DNA of 63,488 bases, filler included, from Octopus bimaculoides (taxonomy: Eukaryota), in the NCBI RefSeq assembly GCF_001194135.2. It is 3 parts of 3 records of this genome, joined end to end, with 100 filler letters (N's around TTAATTAATTAA, not from the genome) between each part and the next. Parts side by side here need not be neighbours in the genome. Positions count along the whole stretch, not along the records: positions 30,162 to 58,262 come from NC_068983.1; positions 58,363 to 63,488 come from NC_068985.1; 1 more part is not named here. One strand, written 5' to 3'. Positions 52,533-63,488 of the stretch are shown here, piece by piece. The position numbers were made by a program, and so were the translations under genes. Numbering within the stretch: position 1 is the stretch's first letter; each line of letters starts with the position of its first letter. The notes under the pieces are model-generated. The model did no database searches. It saw only the letters and a list, made by a program, of their open reading frames with translations, and was not told where the DNA came from.

Positions 52533-53276
52533 TATAAACATAATTAAGGGATCAGCAACAGTTGCTTCAACACATACCGAAGTTCAGAAATAGCAGCTAA
52601 AGTGCTGAAACTCCAACAGATAGCAATACTTGTAACTCACAAAGGCAAAACAAGAAGAAAAAATAACGAAACTAATCAGTCTTAGTTAATCATAGACGCG
52701 TTTCTAGATCAGAAAAGTGAAAACTGTTCATTTCCTCATCAGTATGATATTCCAGTTTGCAAATTTGAAGAGGCTGGCAATTATGCATGCACGACCGAGC
52801 GACATCGTGCACCAGCATAATGTAAACAGCACCTTCGAACTTACATGGGCCAGTCAGTCCTTATCCCTCCTCAAGAATTACCATGTGTGTCACAAGCAAT
52901 ACCGCAGAAAATCTGCGGTTTACTATCAGGGAGTGAATAATTATTACAAATAAAAGGGTAAAGGCTTATTAATAAATTAATAATTAATAATTTTTACCAA
53001 GCCCTTCAGTATGTAAACACCATTATCGGTGAAGAACTTATTTAAGAGTTCTTATACATTTAGTTCTTATACGTCTATGATTAACTAAGACTGGTTAGTT
53101 TCGTTGTTTTTTCTTCTTGTTTTGCTTTTGTGAGTTACAAGTATTGCTATCTGTTGGAGTTTTAGCACTTTAGCTGCTATTTCTGAACTTCGGTATGTGG
53201 TGAAGCAACTGTTGCTGATCCCTTAATTATGTTTATAAATGTATAAGAACTTTTAAATAAGTTCTTTACCGATAAT
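52533..53276. mobile_element. Penelope-like permuted/inverted LTR structure
   Basis: 52533-52698 inverted at 53072-53236 (5 differences); 53022-53060 inverted at about 53238-53276; hammerhead motif at the arm boundary. Confidence 0.7.
52689..52748 (-). ncRNA. Type I hammerhead ribozyme motif (minimal, palindromic stem III)
   Basis: AUCAUA-CUGAUGA-[hairpin]-GAAAC-GC-GUC-UAUGAU; 6-bp stem I; stem II closing pair imperfect. Confidence 0.6.
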
Positions 53277-53652
53277 NNNNNNNNNNNNNNNNNNNNNNNN
53301 NNNNNNNNNNNNNNNNNNNNNNNNNNNNNNNNNNNNNNNNNNNNNNNNNNNNNNNNNNNNNNNNNNNNNNNNNNNNNNNNNNNNNNNNNNNNNNNNNNNN
53401 NNNNNNNNNNNNNNNNNNNNNNNNNNNNNNNNNNNNNNNNNNNNNNNNNNNNNNNNNNNNNNNNNNNNNNNNNNNNNNNNNNNNNNNNNNNNNNNNNNNN
53501 NNNNNNNNNNNNNNNNNNNNNNATATGAAATAAAATAAAATAAAAATGGATGGCACCATGAAAGAAAGTATTGAATGTAGATGAAATATTGAGTGTTCAA
53601 TATAAAGGATCAAATATATAAATATATAAATAAAAATATATAAAGGCGACTC

Positions 53653-53692
<40 letters not shown>

Positions 53693-54379
53693 TATAATTA
53701 ATTAATGCCCCCCACCACAAAAAAAAACGAAGAAAAACAAAACAAGAAAAAAACAACAACGCGAGGACGTGGTAGATGCAATGTATTAAAAGACGCTCCA
53801 GAAAGGAAAGAAAGGGTGTTTTTCGTTTTGAGCAAAAGCTCTTGTTCAGAAACATGAGGCAGAGGAAAGTCCAAGAGAAAAGGAAAGAAAAATCGCCAGC
53901 ATCAACATGTAATTACATATATGCCTCGAATTACATTTTAGCCCCACCTAAAAACAGAAGTTCTCATTGAATAGTTCCAATCGCGATGCACAGTCCTAAA
54001 AGCCGACAAATTCGTCGTGAATGAGGCGCCTTGGTTGATACGTCTGCTCGGTTATAGTCGCGCTCGAATTGAACAACTTCGAAAGGAACCGCTACTACTT
54101 CAGCAACAATAGCAACGGCAACAACAACAACAACAACAACAACAACAAAAACAGCAACAGCAACAGCAACAGCAAACATGATCATGGTCTTTTGAATTAA
54201 ATATGCAGAAATTTGGACAAAGATGAACTTCAATACCAAATAACTGTTCATGATTATTACATAAAACAGGCGACACCGATCACTTCTATTGGTAGGAACA
54301 AGGTGAACGATACAAAAATCCGAGCACATTTATTGAAATCAACAACGGTCAAATGAGACGAGACATTTATTGCGAAGAT

Positions 54380-54620
54380 ATCGGTCTGATAATGCGGAAC
54401 ATTTCGAATACATTGGTAAGGAGCACTGGTCAGATAAGGTATAACTCTACAAACACGTTTATGGACAATGAAAATAGTAAAAAGAAAAAAGAATCTCTCC
54501 AAATATACTAAGAAGACCGATATTCAAATGAAATAGATCTTCCTGATACTTTCTCTTGGTTCGGACATTGTGTAGGGAAAGAGACAATACTTCGAACAAT
54601 GCTCATTTGTGATACAGCAC
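54380..54620 (+). mobile_element. Possible ancient RTE C-terminal remnant
   Basis: EHWSDKV and SWFGHC..ETIL motifs in RTE order. Confidence 0.3.
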
Positions 54621-55394
54621 TTGTAACAGGATGAGGACAGAATATAAATAAGATTCAATGATCTGGGTACATTTATTGACAATGACGAAATAGTTGACTA
54701 GTAATACGTTGAACAAGTGAGCATAAACTTGATTAGTCCAATAATATGAGGTAGAATTTCCCATAAAAAGGTATGTCAAGCATAATGAAGGCTGTAATGA
54801 AGGACGGAGAAATTATTCTAAACTATCAATTATAGAATACGTTACACAGCAATACTTTTAGCTTCAACTCCAAAGACACTGAAATAAAAATGGTGAAATC
54901 TTTCCGTACTGTGTGGCACTACTCTATTAAAATCACTATAAATAATAAATTACAGGGCCACCTATATATTAATTAAAGTATAGATTACACTTTATAGGTA
55001 TAATTAAACAAGACTATAGCTAATTCGGTGATGGAGTCGACTATGAGAGACAGAGGAAATAATGTCAAAAGAAGAAAATAAATATATCTCCCAGAAGAAA
55101 CAGGAAATTGATTAGTAACTATTAGGCTGGTTGGTGGTGAAGGTGCGCTGATTTATAATAACTGTCGTCTGCTGGTGCTGTAGATATCTCATCTTCTTTT
55201 TATGACGAAAGACATGACGTGTATATATTTATGTAGATATGATCACCCTTAAACGTATATATGCATAATACGTCGTTATACGAATACTACATTTATCTCA
55301 ATAGGGATATAATCTAAGTATATGAGTCTATGTTTCTAACGTGCGTTTCAAAGTGTACACACACACACACACACATACACACACACACACACAC

Positions 55395-55680
55395 GTCGCA
55401 TGGGCTAGTAGTTAGGGTGCTGCACTCACGATCGTAAGATCATCGGTTCAATTCCTAGACCGGGTGGTGCGTTCTGTTCTTGGGCAAAACACTTCATCTC
55501 ACGTTGCTCTGCGATCACTTCGACACCTGACGCATGGCACACCGTGACACCTGTTCAGGTAACCTCCATTTCATGAAGGGACAGGTGAGCTCATGTAGAA
55601 CACGTACATTTGATCTCTAATGAACAAATCATTTGTGCAGGTCGTTTGGTAAATAGCTGAACTCTCTTGAGTCGTCTCCA
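55395..55680 (+). mobile_element. tRNA-derived SINE (family D), CpG-rich copy
   Basis: A-box-like gggctagtagttagg, B-box-like ggttcaattcc; paralogue at 58378. Confidence 0.75.
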
Positions 55681-55704
55681 TCTGGAGACTCGCTCTCTCT
55701 CTTT

Positions 55705-55747
55705 CTATCTATCTATCTGTCTATCTATCTGTCTATCTATCTGTCTG

Positions 55748-55832
<85 letters not shown>
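55705..55832. repeat. (TATC)n microsatellite
   Basis: Directly visible. Confidence 0.95.
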
Positions 55833-56036
55833 GGACGGACGGTAGACACATCTGCTCCGTGTAAGTTTGCTTTTACTGCTTTAAAAAGTTTGTTTTTGGA
55901 TCATATTTTTATATAAAAGTTGTGCAACAACTGATACATTCGGTTGTGCAATTGTTTGCACGGGAAATCTGCCCTGTGTGGCGTATTTCCCGATTTTGTA
56001 AAATTGTTTTCGGCTTTCTTAGCCATTTTTTTGAGG

Positions 56037-56527
56037 ATGGCATCTTCAAGCCATGAAGACGATCCTATAACGAACGCCGGTCTGTTTGGCTACTCGTTCG
56101 ACATTAATTTCCTTACACTGCCTTCACCACAGCTTCATGAAGGAGGGAAGAAGAGAAGTAGTACACAAACAAGTGCCAGTGTAAGCATGAACGCTAACAC
56201 CGCCACCACCACCACCACCACCATCTCCACCAAGAACGACAATAGCTCTCTTCACTACCAGCAACTGAAGGAGAGAAAGAAAAAATTAAAATCGCCAAAC
56301 GAATGGCTGAATTCTTTACAAATGCGGAAGAAAATTTTCTATCCCTTCCCGCGTCACCTAAATGTGACAACAAAACAGGAAAAGAAGTCACCCAACTGCT
56401 ACAACAGCAACCTCTGCCACAACCACTAGCATCACAACTACCAACAACACCACTGATACAGCCACAACTGCCACATCTTCCATCAACACCAGCACCACCA
56501 CCATCAACAACAACAATGACAAAATAA
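56037..56527 (+). CDS. Candidate orphan intronless gene or pseudogene (130-aa ORF 56037-56429 overlapping a second open frame 56246-56527)
   Basis: TATATAAAAG at 55910, strong Kozak aggATGG, both frames carry TNA..NFL[TS]LP, AATAAA at the second stop and ~56592. Confidence 0.3.
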
Positions 56528-57076
56528 AAACAAGCTTCGCAGAAGCATTGAAAAAAAAAAAGACAATAGTATCTTTTTTAGTACAGAGCAAATAAAAGNN
56601 NNNNNNNNCACATCTTCCATCAACACCAGCACCACCACCATCAACAACAACAATGACAAAATAAAAACAAGCTTCGCAGAAGCATTGAAAAAAAAAAGAC
56701 AATAGTATCTTTTTTAGTACAGAGCAAATAAAAGACAAGAAATTTGATTACAAACGAAAATAACGAGGTACAACTTAACATACCTCAACAAACACGAACA
56801 AAAAAAAACAATCAAATACAAAGTGAAAGGCAAAGAAGTAAAAATGCTCATTGCAATAGCGTCTGCGCGCATATACATACATACGTACATACATACATAC
56901 ACACGCACGCTCGCACACCCACGTACATGTGCTTATATGCATATGCTCACTCACACTCGCGTGAAACACATACATGTACACCCACATATATATACAACCA
57001 TACACGTATACAGAAACATGTACATATGTACATACCCGCACACACGCACACATATATATATATATGTAAGTGTGTG

Positions 57077-57149
<73 letters not shown>

Positions 57150-57159
57150 TTGTGTGTAT

Positions 57160-57320
57160 ATGACAGGCTTCTTTCTGTTTTCGTCTGCTAAATCCACTCA
57201 CATGGCTTTGGTCGGCCTGAGGTTATAGTAGAAAACACTTGCCCAAGGTGCTACTCTGTGGGACTGAACCCGGAACCATGTGATTGGTCACTAAGCTATT
57301 TACCACACAACCACTCCTGT
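57160..57320 (-). mobile_element. SINE family A, 5' half
   Basis: aaatccactcacatggctttggtcggcc...acacttgcccaaggtg...gtgggactgaacccggaaccatgtg. Confidence 0.8.
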
Positions 57321-57484
57321 GTCTGTATATAAATATATATGACTCATTCATGTTTCCACCAATGATTGGTCCAGGCCATGTGTAACTTAACAGTACCACA
57401 TTAGGACCGCCACATTCTATCGGCAAAAAAACTTTACTCTTCGGTACTGTTACTGTATACCGCGCAGAACAGTGTGTATTCAAT

Positions 57485-58200
57485 AAAACAGTGGCCCACA
57501 ATGTGTTTGCAGTGTCAGTACTCATACCAACATTTGGGCTGCTTGATTGGATACTGGATGAGATTCGAGCCATTGATGTGAAAACCCGGAAAATAATAAC
57601 CAGCACTCATAATTTCTACATCAATTGTGACGTAGACTGCCTCTACCTAAAACACAAACACGGCAGCAGAGGAATAACATCGATCCAAACTGCCTTTCAA
57701 TGTCGCATCATATCCCTTCTTTTAACTACCAAGTGTCGAATTGCATCCCTTAACCAAGTTGGTATACATGAGTCTGATAATATCATAAGACTTTAAGGCA
57801 GCGAGATGGCAGAAACGTTAGCACGTCGGGCGAAATGCTTAGCGGTACTCTGTCTGTCTTTACGTTCTGAGTTCAAATTCCACCGAGGTCGACTTTGCTT
57901 TCATCCTTTCGGGGTCGATAAAATGAGTGCTGGGATCGATCTAATCGACTGACCCCCCTCCCCCAAAATTTCGGGCCTTCTGCCTAGAGTAGAAGAGAAT
58001 ATCATAAGATTTAGAAGGCTGCTCCTTGAGCAGCATTTCTTGTCTGATAACCTAATATACTTGCCCAAAGAAGTCGTAACATATCATCAGATGAAATGAT
58101 CAGCGTCTATGAGCAGAAGACCATGCATGGACATTTGAGTAGAAAGCTCCGAGATGATAGTAACGTCGATCATCAAAGCAGTCTATCATCACACTTTTTC
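57485..58200 (+). mobile_element. RLE-type LINE fragment split by a SINE
   Basis: VFAVSVLIPTFGLLDW..EIRAIDVKTRKI..DVDCLYL..GSRG; resumes after 58012 (YEQKTMHG). Confidence 0.75.
57794..57997 (+). mobile_element. SINE family B, full length with target-site duplication
   Basis: TSD aatatcataagactt (57779) / aatatcataagattt (57998). Confidence 0.9.
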
Positions 58201-58262
58201 AAAAATATTTTCCTTTTTTTTTTTCTTACCGAAATGGTTTCTCCAATCGTTTTTAAGTGCAC

Positions 58263-58362
58263 NNNNNNNNNNNNNNNNNNNNNNNNNNNNNNNNNNNNNN
58301 NNNNNNTTAATTAATTAANNNNNNNNNNNNNNNNNNNNNNNNNNNNNNNNNNNNNNNNNNNN
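58263..58362. other. Artificial scaffold spacer (44N + TTAATTAATTAA + 44N)
   Basis: Same as 30062-30161. Confidence 0.95.
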
Positions 58363-58377
58363 TATATATATATATAT

Positions 58378-58660
58378 ATGGCCAAGTAGTTAGAGTGTTG
58401 CTTTCATGATCACAAGATCATGGTTTCAATTCCGAGACTGGATGGTGCATTTTGTTCTTGAACAAAACACTTCATTTCACATTGCTCTGCAGTCACTTCA
58501 ACACCTGCTGCATGGTACACCATGCACTTGTTCAGGCAACATTGATTTGATGGAGGGAGTGAACTAATGTACAGCAAATACATTTGATATCATTATAAAC
58601 AAATCATCTGCGTAGGTCGTTCAGCAAAAGTTGAGCACTCATACATCACTTTTGACAGGA
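58378..58660 (+). mobile_element. SINE family D, CpG-decayed copy
   Basis: Colinear with 55395-55680, with CG replaced by TG/CA. Confidence 0.75.
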
Positions 58661-58669
58661 GAGTTCATC

Positions 58670-58704
<35 letters not shown>

Positions 58705-58925
58705 CATGTGTATAAGAAGGGATGACCACTAAGTGGACATCCAATATGCTAGACAGAGGTCATCAATGACCCAACCATCCCTTCTTATACACATGTAATA
58801 CAATTTTTCTGAATTTTCAGATTTTTTATATGCTAGGCCATTTGGTTTTAAATTAAATTAATATTCAATTTATCACCCTGTATATATACATATATATATA
58901 TATACATACACACACACACACATAA

Positions 58926-59050
58926 AACAGGCTTCTTTCAGTTTCCATCTACCTAATCCACTCACAAGGCTTTGGTACGGCCAGTGCTATTGTAGAAAAA
59001 CCTGAAATCATGATTGGGAAGCAGACTTCTCAACCATATAGTCACACATG
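58926..59050 (-). mobile_element. SINE family A, 5' half
   Basis: caggcttctttcagtttccatctacc.aatccactcacaaggctttggt. Confidence 0.65.
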
Positions 59051-60489
59051 TGCCTATAGATATAAAACAAGAACCGAAACTTAAACTGAAATTTATTTAC
59101 CAATCAGGTACAAAATTTAATGAACTCTAGGCAAAGCCAATTCATTACAAAATTATGTCTTCATTTATAAATTTGACACCTTTTATTTTTGACATCCTTT
59201 TTTAAGCTTTCTTAATTATTTCAAAACTAGCACAATTAGTTTTACACTTCCTTCTTGTAAATTTCATTTACCTTATTTCTTCTTAGCAAAATATTATGGA
59301 AATAAAAGTAGCTGTCTTGTAGTAATTGTATACCCCCATGTTTGAAAAATCATGCTAAAATTGTGAATTAGCACTATTTTTATGTATACAACAGGAGTGA
59401 ACTTGTGGAGAATCAACTTTCTGCAAACATGCTCTATCTCTACGGGATCTAGACATACTCCAGTCTTTGCCCCACAGACATACCGTCACCACACTTTGTC
59501 TCTTCTAATACTACTGCCATTGTTTATATATCTCAGAGCAATTTGTTCATATACCACTTCCTGTTAAGCTGACTTACTTTACCTTTTCTCGTCTGTCATA
59601 TTATATCCATCTCCCAGGCCTTGCATTGACCACTCTTCCTTGTTTCCCAGAATGTCAGTTCACTGAAATTCTTTCCTCTGTTTCCAGTTGTTCTTGAGAT
59701 AGACTTTTATCAACCACTCTTATCTTACCTGTCTCAGAGGGTTTGTAAAGGCCATGGGTACAAACCTCTTCTTCCAGAGCAACTCATAAAAAGTATTACT
59801 GTGCACGAACTATTCATTCTTGAATTTCTCTATTCTGTTTCCTTTGAATATGGTGGCGCATGGAGAACCTGAAAATCTTCTGATACTTCAAATGTGCAAG
59901 AACATGATATTCTTTATAATTTCACATCTAAATATCATGAATGGATGTAAAGTTAACTGAATTACTTTATTAGACATGTGGAAACTATCAAAGGGATTAA
60001 CCTGCTATAAAAAGAGGCAGTCATAAAAATATCTTGCTCATTTGTTTTTCAGATATGTATAAAATATATTTCCAGATATTTGTAAAGATTAAATCATACG
60101 TTTTCTCCACACAGTATCCTGTCATCAAGTTGACATAGGTGGAGGTTACTTTAATGTCCATTGAAATTCCTGATTATTGTCACTCGGCTGATTTATTCAA
60201 TTTGAAATTATTATTTTTTTTATATTAATCTAAGCTCAGCACTGATAAAGATTTTTTTTGTACATGTGAGGATTCCGATTGTGTGTATTAGACCAATATT
60301 TAGCCACTTTGTTTTTATAAGCATGAAAGATATTTGTATATAAATTTACAGCATCAAAGAAATCACTACTTATACTGTGGCTCACTGTTTTCAAATAAAA
60401 CTCTGTTTATTATAAGTGAGGCTTCACATGCAGAGAAACTGTCGATAGCTAACATCAAAGGTAAAAATCTTCCTTAAGGAATACTTACT

Positions 60490-60905
60490 ATTCATTATTC
60501 TTTTATTCGTTACTTTTTCATTCATTTGACTGTGGCCATGCTGGAGCACCACCTTGAAGAGTTTTAGTCGGACAAATCAACACAAGGACATTTTTTAAAA
60601 GTCTAGTACTTATTCTATCGGTCTCTTTTACCAAACCACTGAGTTACAGGGATTAAACACACCAACTCCGGTTGTCAGGTGGTGATTGGAGGACAAACAC
60701 AGATGCAAAGGCACACACATATAGATATATAGATATATATATATATGACAGGCTTCTTTCAGTTTCCATCTACCAAATCCAGTTATTAGGCTTTGGTTGG
60801 CCCAAGGCTATATAGTAGAATACTTTTGCCCAAGTTGTCACACAGTGGGACTGAACCTGGAACCATGTGGCTGGGAAGCAAGCTTCTTACCACACAGCCA
60901 TGCCT
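60490..60905 (-). mobile_element. SINE family A, full length, CpG-decayed
   Basis: Both modules colinear with the 14803 copy; most CG changed to TG/CA. Confidence 0.85.
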
Positions 60906-60939
60906 GATTTATATAATTTCCATAATACAGCAGCTACAG

Positions 60940-61375
60940 TTTTCATTACCCTCGTTACCATTTTATATCTGATATTCCATGCTGGAATGGGTTGGATTGA
61001 TCTGCTTCAGTATAGTGTCTCACCACACACTGCATGTTTTCCTATGGCTCCTTTGGTTGTCACATTCAATATGCTTCTTCTACTTTGGTTTCTTAATCGT
61101 CTTCACCCAACTGTCATCTTTCAACTAACTGTGACCCAGCTCTATGCCATGTATTTGTACCAGTTCAGTTTTCTCTTATACCTGTTATGGTTGATTCCCT
61201 TAATACATTTTTTTTTTCAAAGTTTACTCATTCTACATTGTTCATACATGTTAACATTGCATATTTAACAGAGCTTGTTTGCTTCATCTTTATTCTAGCC
61301 TTATACATCCACTGCTTTCAGTAACTATGTTTTGTTACCATGCAGTACCACATTTTGCACACAAGCATCATACAA
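60940..61375 (-). mobile_element. RTE-clade LINE 3' remnant
   Basis: Minus strand DACVQNVVLHGNKT ... DDSWVK, resembling RTE (D/S)ACVR..MLHGSETW ... DS.VK. Confidence 0.6.
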
Positions 61376-61424
61376 TTTGATTTTCATTTGGAACCAGAAA
61401 CACCTTGTTTTATATCTTTACTGC

Positions 61425-61642
61425 CCACAAGGGGCTACACACAAAGGGGACAAACAAGGTCAGACAAACTGATTAAGTCGATTATATCGACCCAGTGCGT
61501 AACTGGTACTCAATTAATCGACCCCGAAAGGATAAAAGGTAAAGTCGACCTTGGTGGAATTTGAACTCAGAACGTAGCAGTAGACGAAATACTGATAAGC
61601 ATTTCACCAGGCGTGCTACCATTTCTGCCAGCTCGCCGCCCT
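61425..61642 (-). mobile_element. SINE family B, full length, partial CpG loss
   Basis: Reverse complement of the 57794 type. Confidence 0.85.
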
Positions 61643-63144
61643 GAAACACCTTGTTGCCAACAGATGTTATAGCTCCTGGAACTTTTTCCACCTTGCCCTC
61701 AGACTGACTATTATGTTTTTAGGTTAAATCTACAAGAAACTAGCTGTTATACTGTGTGCATGTATGTATGTGTGTGCATGTATGTATGTGTGTTCATGTA
61801 TATGCACGTGAGATTGATATGACTTTGAATGTCAATAAGATGTAACCACATTTCAATTCTAGTTGTGTTAATCGATTACATCCCATTGATGATAAATCTT
61901 AGTACAAGCTTCTCTAGCTGTTGCAGAAAAATAAACTCTAGTGAGATAAGTCAGAAAACAGTAATTTATTTTAGTCATGTGACAAATAATTCAAGAGCAC
62001 TGAAAGCTGAAACATTTCCTCTTATAAATTTAGAATTTATATTTTCCCAATGATGTTTAATCAGAAGTGACCTCCACCTAATGAAAAGTAATATGTGAGC
62101 TCAAAGTTGATAACAGATCCATTTTTAAAAAATTACATCATTAAGTTGAAAGAAGCAAAGAAAATACAAATAATTATAAACAAAACATGTTTTTATTGCA
62201 TAATTCATTTGTAGTATTCAAATGATTTAATTAATGATGATGGAAATGTCATTAGTAACTTATTGGTTGATGTGTGGAATGAATAAAAGAAGCATTCAAA
62301 ACCTCTTCTCTTGATGACATCTAAGACAGTTGTTTGATAGCAGAAAGAATGAAATAAGATGAGTAGAGGTTGCTGAATTTCATAGAATTGAGATGTTGAA
62401 GAGTGCGTGTCAGTAGTTACATAAAATGAATGTGTGCAATAAAATCAATATAAGCCTTTCGTGACCATGTTTCTAAAAAAGAATATAATACACTGCCTAT
62501 GTGTTTCAGTTAATTTCCAAAATTATGAATAATTAGGAAGGGTTTACTAAATTAACTGAAACTTTTTCATATATTGGTATATTAACCTTTAGAAGATTGA
62601 AAGATGAACTGTACAAAAAAGGAGAAAGGGTTGGTCTCCTTAAGAATATATGTACTTTGCTATGTCTGTCAAAATTAAGATACTCTATGAGAATCTTAAG
62701 AAAATATCATCCTCTGGCTCAGTCATCTTCAGCTTGGAAGCATTTGTAAGCCTCAAGCTGGTGTTTGGAATACAATTTAGTGTAAAGCTTCTTACATCAA
62801 ACTGTTGAATTTCCCTTCTGAAACTTCGCATTATTTTTTGCATGAGATTTTGCTGGTGGCTTCAATTTAAAATTTAAATAGCTTTGGGTTAGTTGGTAGG
62901 TAACATAGCACTAGGGTCAGTCACAAGTAGGTTGATGTAGTAAGGCTTAAACATGTAGCAGCTGAGAAAAGATATTAGTTGCTTTTGCAAGAAAGGAAAA
63001 TGCTTTGGTGAAATGATTGCACCATTAGAATACTAGTTGAGTATAAGGTTTTGTTCATGGGGTAAAGGGACATACAAGATGTATAAGTATTACACACACA
63101 CACACACACACAAGAAAGAAAGAATGACAGAAAAGAAGATCTAG

Positions 63145-63488
63145 TAGTTTGGTGAATCACTGCAGAGATGCTCAAAATATCTGGCATTGTTGGCTATAGC
63201 CTAGTCACCCGTATTACGAACCAGGTGATACACGAAGGAGTCATACCCAATGACTGGTGTAGCAGCATCATAGTCAACTGCTACAAAGGTAAAGGTGACG
63301 CTTTAGATACAAATAATTACAGGGGCATCAAGCTGTTAGATCAGGTTATGAAAGTTACAGAGAGGGTCATAGCCCAACTAATTAGGGAGCGAATCAATTT
63401 AGATGAGATGCAGGTAAAAGCACTACTGATGCCTTATTTCTAGTGAGACAGTTGCAGGAGAAATACCTAGCTAAGGATAAACCTCTGT
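63145..63488 (+). mobile_element. RTE-clade LINE RT fragment running off the window
   Basis: EGVIPNDWCSSIIVNCYKGKGDALDTNNYRGIKLLDQVMKVTERV..DEMQ / GKSTTDALFLVRQLQEKYL. Confidence 0.9.

Noticed and set aside
1-63488. CRISPR arrays, rRNA, prokaryotic or viral systems
   Set aside because: No repeat-spacer arrays, rRNA signatures or gene-dense segments; sequence is metazoan repeat-rich DNA

Overview
Repeat-dominated, AT-rich animal genomic DNA. The (CA/TA/AGAT/AAT)n microsatellite density and tRNA-derived SINE families point to an octopus/cephalopod draft assembly (inference). Three original scaffolds are joined by two artificial 100-bp spacers (44N-TTAATTAATTAA-44N at 30062 and 58263). I recognise no conserved host gene; nearly all ORFs in the supplied track are microsatellite, gap or transposon artefacts. 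Recognisable content: many SINE copies (labelled A-E here), several MITEs, a decayed mariner, CR1-like and RTE LINE remnants, and a dense cluster of R4/Dong-like LINE fragments in (AAT)n. Most interesting: (1) hammerhead-ribozyme-like motifs in Penelope-like tandem/inverted repeats, best at 52689-52748, where an inversion junction falls next to the predicted cleavage site; (2) SINE copies right of 58.3 kb have lost most CpGs while same-family copies to the left keep them, implying a germline-methylated domain; (3) a TATA/Kozak/AATAAA-framed orphan ORF pair at 56.0-56.5 kb that one indel would join; (4) several unassigned candidate exons. SINE/LINE boundaries are approximate, and all protein similarities were judged by eye.
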